The translations under genes and the position numbers were made by a program. The notes beneath the pieces are model-generated. The model did no database searches. It had not been told where the DNA came from and saw nothing but the letters and a program-made list of their open reading frames with translations. From assembly GCA_042408785.1 (NCBI GenBank), contig JBHOQU010000032.1, positions 26,798 through 90,797 of the forward strand: a stretch of 64,000 nucleotides of DNA. The letters are read 5' to 3'. Below, piece by piece: positions 55,689 through 64,000 of this stretch (positions within the stretch are counted from its first letter, which is position 1; each line of letters starts with the position of its first letter). This DNA comes from Dehalococcoidia bacterium. GTDB taxonomy: Bacteria; Chloroflexota; Dehalococcoidia; JAUQQI01.

Positions 55689-57667
55689 TCCCCCAGTACG
55701 GGCAGGCCCTTCAGCTCGGCCCGGATGCGGGCCGCCTCCTCCGGAGACGGGCTTCCCCAGACTCGAACCGCGTACTCAAAGCCCCGCCAGCTCACCAGGA
55801 CCGTCCGGTAGCCCGAGGCGGCCCAGGCGGCCACCGGGTCCGGGCCCGAGGTTCGCCACCGGTCCAGCAGGTCATCGGGCCGGCAGCCGGGCAGGCAGAA
55901 ATAGGCCCGCGGCTCCCAGAGCAGGAGGGCCGGTGCCGCCTCGGGGGCGGAGGCCGCCAAAACGGCCCGGTAGTAGCTTCCCAGGGCGCGGTCATAAAAG
56001 TCGGCCGCAGAGCTTAGTCCCAGGCCGCCGGCCGGCAGGGGGCCGCTCAGAACCCCGCCCCAGAGGCTTATCAGGTTAACGGCCGCCACGACCGCCACCG
56101 CTCCCTGGAGGAAAAACCGGAACTCCGAAATCCCGATGGCCCGGGCCCACAGGACGGCGGCCACCGGCAGCAGCGGCAGAAGAAAGCGCCCCTGCATCAG
56201 GTTGGCCGAAAAGAGCCCGAGGCCGACCCAGTAGGCAAAACCGCCGGCGACGAAACGGCCCAGGGCCCGCGCCCCGTCGGGCCCGGCCTGGTGCCGGGCG
56301 AGGATTGCCGGAAAGGTCGCCAGCCACACCGGTCCCAGGGTGAAATCGTAGCTTAGGGTGCCTGCCGTGGCAAGGGCCGAAAGTTCTAAAGGGGACGCGG
56401 CCAGCCGCAGCAGGCGGGGCAGGTCCGGCCCGCCACCCCACCAGGCCGCCCGCTCCGGACTCCAGCCGACGCCCCCCAAAACAAACGGGTAAACCGGGTT
56501 GCCCGTTCGCACCCAGGTGTCCAGGTACCAGGGGAAAGCCGCCAGCCCGGCGATGGGGAGCGCCCGGGGGCCGGCCGGCAGGTAAAGGAGGGCCAGAACC
56601 AGCACGAAGCCGACGGCCGTAAGCTTGGTGGCCAGGGCCGCTCCCAGCCAGAGGCCGAAGCCGGTCCGGTCCCCCGCCACGAGGGCTGCAGCGGCCAGCA
56701 GGAGCCAGAGGCCCAGCCAGTAGTCGGTGTAGGCCCAGGGCACAAGCTCCAAGGCCGAAGGCACCGCCGCCAGCAGGCCGAAAACAAGGGCCACCGGTGC
56801 CCCCACCTTGGCGGCCAATCGGCCGGCCGCCCAGCAGACCAGGCCGGCCACGGCGAGGGCGAGCACCCTGGGGGCCCGTTCCCCGCCCAGGGCCATGGCC
56901 CAGCCGTAGACGGTCTCGGCCAGCTTTGGGAAATAAAAATGGGGCGCGCCGGGCAGGTCCGGATACCGGCCGGTTTCCAGCATCACCCTGGGTACCGTCA
57001 GGTGGTAGACAAGGGCGTCCCACTCGAAGGGCGGCGCCGCGGCGACGGCCCCCAAAGGCACCCCGAAGGCCAGGCCGGCGGCTATCAACCCTAATCCGGG
57101 TCGAATCTCCGGCCGGCCGGGCTTTAAAAGCCTTTGCCGGCCGGCCAGAAGTCCCACCAGCCCGATCAGCCCGAGAGCGGCCGCACCGAGTCGCAGGTTT
57201 TCGGCCCGGGCCAGGCCGACCGAGGCCAGCCCGAGGCCCAGACCGCCCAGGATGATGAACCCGGCCCCCGCCCACTCGGGAACCGACCACCGGTCCCGCC
57301 GCAGAAGGACGCCGGCCAGGCGCCCGAGCAGAACTGCCAGGACCAGGGTGGCGGCCGCCCCCGCCCACCCGGCCGCCACCGCCGGCGCGTCGGACCAGGT
57401 CGAACCGGCCGCCGCGAGGTTGGCGGCCACCCCGGCGGGAAAGTCGGCGGGAAGGGGCTTGTGAACGGCAAAGTAGGGCACGTAAACGGCGGCGGCCCAG
57501 AGGGCGAGCAGGCCGAGCCGGACGGCCCGGTCGGGGCTGTTGGGTGCGGGTTTAATCGCCTTCGCCGTAGTAGGCCTGGAGGGCGCGGTCGAGTTTAACG
57601 CCCGTAAGCACCGTGCCCAGGATGCGGGCATTGACTTTCTCCAGGGCGGCCTTGGCCCGGCGGGCAA
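55637..57667 (-). CDS. GT-C-fold polytopic membrane glycosyltransferase (ArnT/PMT-like), paralog 3
   Basis: Loop motif FEWDALVYHLTVPRVMLETG, more than 12 TM helices and a C-terminal soluble domain. The start is uncertain: it overlaps the upstream kinase gene by 80-116 nt and no alternative start codon exists downstream. Confidence 0.5.
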   Translation of the reverse strand: MPAGPRPPWRKSMPASWARCLRALNSTAPSRPTTAKAIKPAPNSPDRAVRLGLLALWAAAVYVPYFAVHKPLPADFPAGVAANLAAAGSTWSDAPAVAAGWAGAAATLVLAVLLGRLAGVLLRRDRWSVPEWAGAGFIILGGLGLGLASVGLARAENLRLGAAALGLIGLVGLLAGRQRLLKPGRPEIRPGLGLIAAGLAFGVPLGAVAAAPPFEWDALVYHLTVPRVMLETGRYPDLPGAPHFYFPKLAETVYGWAMALGGERAPRVLALAVAGLVCWAAGRLAAKVGAPVALVFGLLAAVPSALELVPWAYTDYWLGLWLLLAAAALVAGDRTGFGLWLGAALATKLTAVGFVLVLALLYLPAGPRALPIAGLAAFPWYLDTWVRTGNPVYPFVLGGVGWSPERAAWWGGGPDLPRLLRLAASPLELSALATAGTLSYDFTLGPVWLATFPAILARHQAGPDGARALGRFVAGGFAYWVGLGLFSANLMQGRFLLPLLPVAAVLWARAIGISEFRFFLQGAVAVVAAVNLISLWGGVLSGPLPAGGLGLSSAADFYDRALGSYYRAVLAASAPEAAPALLLWEPRAYFCLPGCRPDDLLDRWRTSGPDPVAAWAASGYRTVLVSWRGFEYAVRVWGSPSPEEAARIRAELKGLPVLGEWGGTPDRPEYGLYRLR

Positions 57668-58910
57668 ACTCCCGCCGGGTCTTCCCCGCCTGGAGGACCA
57701 GCAGCACCCCGTCGACCCGGCTGGCTAAAAGGAGGGCGTCGGTGACGGCCAGAACGGGCGGTGAATCGTAAAGGACATAATCGGCCGTCTCGGCCAGCCT
57801 GGCCATCACCTCGGCCATCCGGCGGGAAGCCAGAAGCTCGGCGGGGTTGGGGGGAAGGGGGCCGCTGGGCAGGAGCCAGAGGTTCTCAACGCCCGTCTCG
57901 AAAAGGGGCGGCTCCTGGTCGGGCTCGCCAACGACCAAGCTGGTAAGTCCCACCTGATTTTTAAGGGCGAAAAGCTTGTGGAGGCCGGGCCGGCGCAGGT
58001 CAGCATCCACCATAATAACCCGGCTCCCGGCCTGGGCGAAGGCGATGGCCAGGTTGGCCAGGGTGGTCGTCTTGCCTTCCTCCGGGCCCGTCGACGTAAC
58101 CAGGATGGTCCGGACCGGCCGGTCCGGGCTGGCAAACTGGATGCTGGTGCGCAGCTGGCGGAAGGCCTCGGCCACCGGCGAGCGGGGGTCAAGCTTGGTG
58201 ATCAGGGCTTTTTCCATCTCCACGGAATACCCTCCGGAAATGCGGCCGGCCGGGACGGGGAGCCTGGGAACGACCCCGAGGACCGCCTGACCCAGCAACC
58301 TTTCGGACTCCTCGGCCGACTTGACGGTGTCGTCCAGAAACTCCAGAAGAAACGCCGCCAGTACCCCGATTACCAGCCCCAGCACCGCCCCCGCCAGGAC
58401 GTTGGACCGGGTCCGGGGCCAGGCCAGCACCGGGGGCGACGGGTCGTCGTAGCGCTCCACGTCGACCCGGTCCCGCTTGTCCACATCCTTCATCCGGAGC
58501 TGTTGCTGCTCCCGGAAGGCCTCGGCCAGGGCCAGGACGATCCGCCGGGCCATCTCCGGGTTCGGGTCATCGGCCTCGACCAGAATCGCCTGGGCGTCGG
58601 CGGCCTCGCTCACCCGGACCCTTCGGCGAAACTCCTCCGGCGAAAGGTCGAGCTGGAGCTGGCTGTTTACCCGCTTGATGATGGCGTCGGTGGTCAGGAG
58701 CTGGCTGTACTGGCGGATGGTCTCCCGAACCACCAGGGTGACGCCGTAGTCCGGCCGCCACGGGATGACGAAGAGCCTGATGGAGGACCGGTAGAAGGGC
58801 TGTTGAAGCTTGCTGTAAACGTAGGCAGAACCGGCGGCCAGCACCACCAGGGCCGCAATCAACCACCACCTTCGGCCCAGGACCCGCCAGTAATCTTTCA
58901 GCCCCATCAA
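57552..58910 (-). CDS. Polysaccharide co-polymerase / bacterial tyrosine autokinase fusion (Wzz-like N-terminus plus CpsD/CapB-like P-loop ATPase)
   Basis: N-terminal TM region and Wzz-like domain; C-terminal Walker A VTSTGPEEGKTTT and Walker B VIMVDADLRRP; C-terminal ...QAYYGEGD. Confidence 0.75.
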   Translation of the reverse strand: MMGLKDYWRVLGRRWWLIAALVVLAAGSAYVYSKLQQPFYRSSIRLFVIPWRPDYGVTLVVRETIRQYSQLLTTDAIIKRVNSQLQLDLSPEEFRRRVRVSEAADAQAILVEADDPNPEMARRIVLALAEAFREQQQLRMKDVDKRDRVDVERYDDPSPPVLAWPRTRSNVLAGAVLGLVIGVLAAFLLEFLDDTVKSAEESERLLGQAVLGVVPRLPVPAGRISGGYSVEMEKALITKLDPRSPVAEAFRQLRTSIQFASPDRPVRTILVTSTGPEEGKTTTLANLAIAFAQAGSRVIMVDADLRRPGLHKLFALKNQVGLTSLVVGEPDQEPPLFETGVENLWLLPSGPLPPNPAELLASRRMAEVMARLAETADYVLYDSPPVLAVTDALLLASRVDGVLLVLQAGKTRREFARRAKAALEKVNARILGTVLTGVKLDRALQAYYGEGD

Positions 58911-58977
58911 CGGCCATTTTATAACTCATTCACCCGGCCTTGTCAACGGCCGACCGTGACGTTAGACTTTTGGGGAT

Positions 58978-60390
58978 ATGGGCCTTAACAGGATCCCGGT
59001 TATCGGCGCGGCCAAGGCCCTGCGGAACACGGCCCGGCTCCTGCGCCTGGGCGGGGGTACGGCCCTTCCCGGCCTGGTTGTGGAGGCCGTCGCCCCCAAC
59101 TACCTGGACGAGTGGACCCAGCAGCTCACCGGCGGGATCATCCTCGTAAGCGGCACCAACGGCAAGACCACCACCGTTCGGATGACGGCCGAGATTCTGC
59201 TGCGGGCTGGCTACGAGCCGGTCTCCAACCGGGCCGGGTCGAACCTGCTCCGGGGCATCCTGAGCGCCCTGGTGGAGCGCTCCGACTGGCAGGGCCGCCT
59301 TGTGCTGGGGGGGCGCGGGGTGGGCCTTTTCGAGGTGGATGAGGGCACCCTCCCCCAGATGCTGGGCCGGCTCCGGCCCCACGTGGTGGTTTTGACCAAC
59401 CTTTTCCGGGACCAGCTCGACCGCTACGGGGAGGTCGAGGCCCTGGCCCGGGCCTGGCGGCGGGTGCTGGCGGAAACGCCGCCGGAGGTCCTAATCGCAA
59501 ACGCCGACGACCCGAACCTGGCCGCCCTGGCCGAGGAGTTTCCCAAAGATGTGGTCCTTTTCGGCCTGGAAAGTTCCCCCTTTGCCCGGGACCAGCTTCC
59601 CCACGCCGCCGACGCCCGCTTCTGCCCCCGGTGTAACGGCCCACTTAAATACGAGGTGGTCTATTACAGCCACCTGGGCAAATACCGGTGTCCCGACTGC
59701 GGCTGGGAAAGGCCAGTGCCCGACATCGTCGGGGAAATCGTCCGAACCCAGGGGGTCGAAAGCCTCGGACTCTTGGTCCAATTTGGGGGCGAGCCCTTCG
59801 AGGTTGACCTGCCGGTCGGGGGCACGTATAATGCCTACAACGCCCTGGCCGCCACGGCCGTGGCCTACGCCTACCGGGTTCCGGCCAGGCTGGTCCGGCA
59901 GGGGCTGGGGGCGTTCCAGCCGGCCTTCGGCCGCCAGCAGGTGGTGGTCTTTAACCGCCGCCGGCTTGTAACAATCCTGGTTAAAAACCCGGCCGGCTTT
60001 AACGAGGCCATAAACCTGATCCTTTCGGACGGCCGGGACGAGCCTAAAAACTTGTTAATCATCCTCAACGACCGGGTAAACGACGGGAGGGATATCTCCT
60101 GGGTCTGGGACGTGGATTTCGACCTGCTCCGGGGGCGGGTGGGCCTGGTGGTTGCTTCGGGCCTTCGGGCTGCCGAGATGGCCCTCCGGCTTAAATACGC
60201 CGAAGTTGCCGGCACCGCCGACTCTCCCGAGCCCATCGTCGAACCCGACATCCGCCGGGCCCTGGACATCGCCGTTGAGAAGACCCGGCCCGGCTCGACC
60301 CTTTACATCTTGCCGACTTATACGGCCCTGCTCGACCTGCAGCGAATTCTGGCCCGCCGCGGGCTTACCCGGCCTTACTGGGAGGCCTGA
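58978..60390 (+). CDS. murT: Lipid II isoglutaminyl synthase, Mur-ligase-family subunit MurT
   Basis: Mur ligase P-loop ILVSGTNGKTTT, Cys4 ribbon CPRC...CPDC and a C-terminal DUF1727-like domain. Followed directly by gatD. Confidence 0.85.
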   Translation: MGLNRIPVIGAAKALRNTARLLRLGGGTALPGLVVEAVAPNYLDEWTQQLTGGIILVSGTNGKTTTVRMTAEILLRAGYEPVSNRAGSNLLRGILSALVERSDWQGRLVLGGRGVGLFEVDEGTLPQMLGRLRPHVVVLTNLFRDQLDRYGEVEALARAWRRVLAETPPEVLIANADDPNLAALAEEFPKDVVLFGLESSPFARDQLPHAADARFCPRCNGPLKYEVVYYSHLGKYRCPDCGWERPVPDIVGEIVRTQGVESLGLLVQFGGEPFEVDLPVGGTYNAYNALAATAVAYAYRVPARLVRQGLGAFQPAFGRQQVVVFNRRRLVTILVKNPAGFNEAINLILSDGRDEPKNLLIILNDRVNDGRDISWVWDVDFDLLRGRVGLVVASGLRAAEMALRLKYAEVAGTADSPEPIVEPDIRRALDIAVEKTRPGSTLYILPTYTALLDLQRILARRGLTRPYWEA

Positions 60391-61124
60391 TGGAGCTGCG
60401 CATCGGCTATTTTTACCCCGACGAGCTCAACCTCTACGCCGACCGGGGCAACGTCATCTGCCTGGTCCAGCGCTGCCGGTGGCGGGGAATCGACGTCCGG
60501 GTGGTGCCGGTGGAGCTTAGGGAGCAGTTCAACCCCGACGACTTCGACCTCCTGATGCTGGGTGGGGGACAGGATCGAGACCAGCGGATCGTGGCCGAGG
60601 ACCTGGTAGGGGTGAAGGGTGAGGCCCTGCGGGCGGCGGTGGAGTCGGGGGTGGTGGTGCTGGCGGCCTGCGCCGCTTACCAGCTTCTGGGCCACTATTA
60701 CCAGCCGGCCGAGGGCGAGCCGATCCGGGGGCTGGGCATCTTTGATGCCTACACCATCCACCCCGGTCCCAGCGAGCCGCGGTGCATCGGCAACATCGTC
60801 GTGGAATGGCAGGGCCGGACCCTGGTGGGGTTTGAAAACCACGGCGGCCGGACGGTCCTCGGCCCGGGGGCCGCCCCCCTGGGGCGGGTGGTGGTCGGCT
60901 TCGGGAACAACGGCCAGGACGGCACCGAAGGGGCGGTCTATAGATCCGCCTTCGGCACCTACATGCACGGGTCCCTCCTGCCTAAAAACCCCCATTTCGC
61001 CGACCACCTCATCTGGCTCGCCCTAAAGCGCCGCTACACCGACGTGACCCTAGCCCCCCTGGACGACCGGCTGGAGCTGGCGGCCCATCAGGCGGCAATC
61101 CAGCGGGCCAAGGCGGGGGATTAG
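60390..61124 (+). CDS. gatD: Lipid II isoglutaminyl synthase, glutaminase subunit GatD (CobB/CobQ-like GATase)
   Basis: GATase1-like with the catalytic Cys in VVLAACAAYQLLG and a conserved His near YMHGSLL. Start overlaps the murT stop. Confidence 0.8.
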   Translation: MELRIGYFYPDELNLYADRGNVICLVQRCRWRGIDVRVVPVELREQFNPDDFDLLMLGGGQDRDQRIVAEDLVGVKGEALRAAVESGVVVLAACAAYQLLGHYYQPAEGEPIRGLGIFDAYTIHPGPSEPRCIGNIVVEWQGRTLVGFENHGGRTVLGPGAAPLGRVVVGFGNNGQDGTEGAVYRSAFGTYMHGSLLPKNPHFADHLIWLALKRRYTDVTLAPLDDRLELAAHQAAIQRAKAGD

Positions 61125-61128
61125 GCCC

Positions 61129-61872
61129 GTGTCGGCCCTGACCGCGGCCGTGGTCGCCCTGGGCGTCTTTTTCGGGGGCTTTGTCAAGGCCACCCTCGGC
61201 CTCGGCTTTGGGGTAGCCTCAACCCCTATATTGAGCTTGGTGCTCAACCCCCGACTGGCCATCACCATCCTGAGCATCCCCAGTTTCGTCTCCAGCCTCT
61301 GGGTGGCGGCCCAGGCCGCCCGGAACTGGCAGGCCCTCCGACCCCTCGGGCCCCTGGTGCTGGGCCTCTGGCCCGGGGTGATTTTGGGAGCCTGGGCCCT
61401 CAAGATTCTGCCCATCCGGTGGGTCCAGCTGATGGTTGGCGTTCTGGTGGTCTCTTACGTGGCGACCACCGTTTTTAACCCCGAGTTTCGACTCCCGGCC
61501 GGCCTGGTAAAGCCCGTGGGGTTCATCGTGGGCCTGGTCACCGGGGTTCTGGTGTCGTTAGGCAATATCGCCGGGCCCATCTTGGCCATCTACCTCCGGA
61601 GCATCGGCTACGTGAAGTTAGATTTCGTCTTCGGGGTGGGGGCCATCCTGACCATTTCCACGGGCGGCCAGGTGGTAAGCTACGTCGTCACGGGTCTGCT
61701 TGGTCCCACCGAGGCCCTTTACGGTCTGCTCGCCTGCATTCCCCTGGCCGCCGGGATGGTGCTGGGCTTCGCCTTCCAGGCCCGGCTTTCGGTTCAGGCA
61801 TACAACCGGGTGTTGCTGACGGCCCTTTTTCTGCTGGGCCTGAACCTGATTGTTACGGGCCTCGTGGGCTAG
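61129..61872 (+). CDS. TauE/SafE (TSUP) family membrane transporter
   Basis: 247 aa, 7-8 TM helices with the internal repeat pattern typical of sulfite-exporter TauE/SafE proteins. Confidence 0.7.
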   Translation: MSALTAAVVALGVFFGGFVKATLGLGFGVASTPILSLVLNPRLAITILSIPSFVSSLWVAAQAARNWQALRPLGPLVLGLWPGVILGAWALKILPIRWVQLMVGVLVVSYVATTVFNPEFRLPAGLVKPVGFIVGLVTGVLVSLGNIAGPILAIYLRSIGYVKLDFVFGVGAILTISTGGQVVSYVVTGLLGPTEALYGLLACIPLAAGMVLGFAFQARLSVQAYNRVLLTALFLLGLNLIVTGLVG

Positions 61873-61884
61873 GCCGAATTTGCC

Positions 61885-61917
61885 CAAAAACTGGGGCAGG
61901 CTTTAAGCCTGCCCCAG
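61885..61917 (-). terminator. Rho-independent terminator hairpin (bidirectional-capable) between convergent tauE-like and nrdJ
   Basis: Perfect 11 bp inverted repeat CTGGGGCAGGC-TTTAA-GCCTGCCCCAG at 61891-61917. A CAAAAA run at 61885-61890 gives a U-run after the hairpin on the minus strand. Confidence 0.6.
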
Positions 61918-61938
61918 AGTCCTTCCCGAAGGGCCTGA

Positions 61939-62061
61939 TCAGGGGCGTCGGGACCGGCGCCGGAGCCAGGCCTGCGGCCTGACGACAAACCGACGCCCGT
62001 CGGTGCAGCGCAGGACGGCTGGCTGGCGCTGCCCCTTAAGCCACCGGTAAACCAGCGACAT
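61939..62061 (-). CDS. Possible small basic ORF of 40 aa between nrdJ and the terminator; may be non-coding 3' UTR
   Basis: MSLVYRWLKGQRQPAVLRCTDGRRFVVRPQAWLRRRSRRP. No homology recognised; lies immediately upstream of the terminator. Confidence 0.15.
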   Translation of the reverse strand: MSLVYRWLKGQRQPAVLRCTDGRRFVVRPQAWLRRRSRRP

Positions 62062-62168
62062 GCGGCCGGGGGCTACAATGACGGTGAGCCAGGCCTTCCG
62101 GGCGGCCAGGCGGTTGCGGTGCAGGTGGCCGGGGCTGCTGGCCCGCCCCCTCACCCGGCGGCCCGGCT

Positions 62169-64000
62169 TCAGCACTCGCTGTAGCCGCACGAAAGGCATT
62201 TGGCACATCCTTCCTCGTAAACCAGTGTTGCCTGGCCGCATTCAGGGCACAGGTCGGCGGTCTTGCCGGCAGGGCCGGCCTCCACCTCGGCGGTCTGGCC
62301 CCGGACGGCTGGCGCGGTCTCCGGTGCCATCCGGGGCCGGGCCTCGCCGACCTCTTCGGCCAGCACGTGGGCGATGGCGTCGGGCAGAGACCTTACCCGC
62401 GTCGGGCCGAAGCCCAAGGGCCGGGCGCCCCCGATGTCCTTGAGCTGTTCCACCACCTGCCTGACCCGCTCCGTGGGGGTCATCGGGGAGGGCAGCCTCA
62501 ACACCAGGGATATGAGCCTTCCGATGGCCTCGGCCACGGCCTGGACGTCGGACCCTGCCTTGCCCACGTTGATAAAGACCTCGAAGGGCTCGCCCGTCCC
62601 GTTCCGGTTAACGGTGATGAAGGCGGTGCCTAAGGGCGTCTCCTGCCGGTAGGTGCGGCCCTCCACCACGTGGGGCCTCGGTTTAACCTGCAGGGCTGGG
62701 GCCGCCGGGGGCGCTTCGGCCGCGGCGGGCCGAACTTCAAGGGTCAGCTTCGGCTTTGCCCCCAGGTGGAGCACCTGCTGGCCCTTGGAGCCGTGCCGGA
62801 AAACCGTGATCCCCAGGCAGCCCAGCTCCCACGCAAGCATATACGCCCGGGAAACGTCCTCCCGGGTGGCCTCGTGGCGCAGGTTTATCGTCTTCGATAC
62901 CCCGTTGTCGGTGTGCTTCTGGAAGGCCGCCTGCATCCGGACGTGCCATTCCGGGTCGATTTCGTGGGCGGTGACGAACACCCGCCGGATGTCCGCCGGT
63001 ATCGCCTCGATGCCCTCTAAAGTCCCCTGCTCGATGACCCGCTCCATTATATCGGGCCGGTAGATTCCCCGCCGGCGGGCGGTCTCCTCGAAGATGGGGT
63101 TGACGAACGTAAGGTGCCGCTCGCCCACAATGTGGGAGTAGGCGATGGCAAAGAGGGGCTCGATGCCCGAGGAGCAGCCGGCGATGATGGAGATGGTCCC
63201 GGTGGGGGCAATGGTGGTGACGGTGGCGTTTCTTAGGGGCCGTCCGTTCCGGTAGATGCTGTGGGGCCAGTTGGGGAAGGGTCCCCGCTCGACGGCCAGC
63301 CGGGCCGACTCGTCGTGGCCGACCTCCCGGATGAACCCCATCACCTTCTCGGCCAGGTTTACCGCCTCTTCGGAGTCGTAGGGGATGCCCAGCAGTAAAA
63401 GCATGTCCGCCCAGCCCATCACCCCGAGGCCGATGCGGCGGTTCGCCTTTACCTCGGCGTCGATCTCCTTCAGCGGGTACGGGTTCACCTCGATGACATC
63501 GTCCAGGAATCGGACGGCAAGGCGCACCGTCCGCTCCAGGCCCGCCCAGTCGATGCGGGCCTCGGCCTCCTTAAGGTCCTTGACCCATTCGCCGGGCTTT
63601 ACGAACTTGGCCAGGTTTATCGACCCGAGGTTGCAGGCGTCGTTGGGGGCCAGGGGCTGCTCACCGCAGGGGTTGGTGGCCTCGATGGTTTCCAGGTCGG
63701 GGACGGGGTTGGCCCGGGAGCGGTTTATACGGTCGATGAAGACCAGCCCCGGGTCGCCGGTGCGCCAGGCGGCGTCCACGATCTTGTCCCAGACGTCCCG
63801 GGCCCGGAGCTTCCCCACCACCTCCCCGGTGTGGGGGGCAATGAGCTCATACTCTTCGTCCTTCTCCAGGGCCGCCATGAACCGGTCAGTGATGGCCACG
63901 GAGATATTGAAGTTGGTTATCCCCCCGTCCAGCTTGCAGGTTATGAACTCCAGGATATCCGGGTGGTCTACCCGGAGGATGCCCATGTTGGCCCCCCGGC
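62169..64000 (-). CDS. nrdJ: Class II (adenosylcobalamin-dependent) ribonucleotide reductase, C-terminal ~610 aa; N-terminus lies beyond the window
   Basis: RNR barrel motifs (NPCGEQPL, thiyl-radical Cys region, GCSSGIEPLFAIAY) and a C-terminal zinc ribbon CPECG...CAKCLSCGYSEC typical of NrdJ. Confidence 0.85.
   Translation of the reverse strand, partial: RGANMGILRVDHPDILEFITCKLDGGITNFNISVAITDRFMAALEKDEEYELIAPHTGEVVGKLRARDVWDKIVDAAWRTGDPGLVFIDRINRSRANPVPDLETIEATNPCGEQPLAPNDACNLGSINLAKFVKPGEWVKDLKEAEARIDWAGLERTVRLAVRFLDDVIEVNPYPLKEIDAEVKANRRIGLGVMGWADMLLLLGIPYDSEEAVNLAEKVMGFIREVGHDESARLAVERGPFPNWPHSIYRNGRPLRNATVTTIAPTGTISIIAGCSSGIEPLFAIAYSHIVGERHLTFVNPIFEETARRRGIYRPDIMERVIEQGTLEGIEAIPADIRRVFVTAHEIDPEWHVRMQAAFQKHTDNGVSKTINLRHEATREDVSRAYMLAWELGCLGITVFRHGSKGQQVLHLGAKPKLTLEVRPAAAEAPPAAPALQVKPRPHVVEGRTYRQETPLGTAFITVNRNGTGEPFEVFINVGKAGSDVQAVAEAIGRLISLVLRLPSPMTPTERVRQVVEQLKDIGGARPLGFGPTRVRSLPDAIAHVLAEEVGEARPRMAPETAPAVRGQTAEVEAGPAGKTADLCPECGQATLVYEEGCAKCLSCGYSEC

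Noticed and set aside
56076-57368. 430 aa alternative-frame ORF inside GT-C paralog 3
   Set aside because: Same strand but different frame. The translation is Gly/Arg/Pro low complexity, whereas the chosen frame encodes coherent TM helices.
61939-62241. 100 aa minus-strand ORF overlapping the nrdJ 3' end
   Set aside because: It overlaps the NrdJ C-terminal zinc ribbon coding region in another frame. Only the distal 40 codons are non-overlapping, and they are listed as a very low confidence small ORF.

Overview
This 64 kb window is high-GC (about 68-70%) and looks like the core chromosome of a Gram-positive-type bacterium. The supporting markers are MurT/GatD lipid II amidation, PgpH, the YggS-ProC-YggT cluster, Dtd, RpsU/YqeY and many GTG/TTG starts. 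Coding density is very high (about 60 CDS plus 2 tRNAs). Most genes are housekeeping or metabolic: hisH-hisA-hisF-hisIE, metG, proC, alr, pyrE, mdh, glgA, surE, rsmE, prmA, aspS, murT/gatD and a partial class II RNR nrdJ. There are no rRNA genes, CRISPR arrays, IS elements or integrases. Because of the GC content nearly every real gene has long antisense or out-of-frame shadow ORFs, and these were rejected.

The regions worth a second look are:
- A fused nucleotidyltransferase-HEPN (MntA-HepT-like) protein inserted between hisF and hisIE and translationally coupled to both.
- A ChlI-like AAA+ ATPase plus a coiled-coil/vWA protein, convergent with a transglutaminase-like membrane protein.
- An operon of a Wzc-like tyrosine kinase followed by three paralogous GT-C membrane glycosyltransferases and another polytopic membrane protein.
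- A GalT/HIT-like enzyme translationally coupled to glgA.
- An orphan protein coupled to alr that sits behind a repeat-rich structured leader.
- A family of GCACGGCCGTGC palindromes found in two distant promoter regions.
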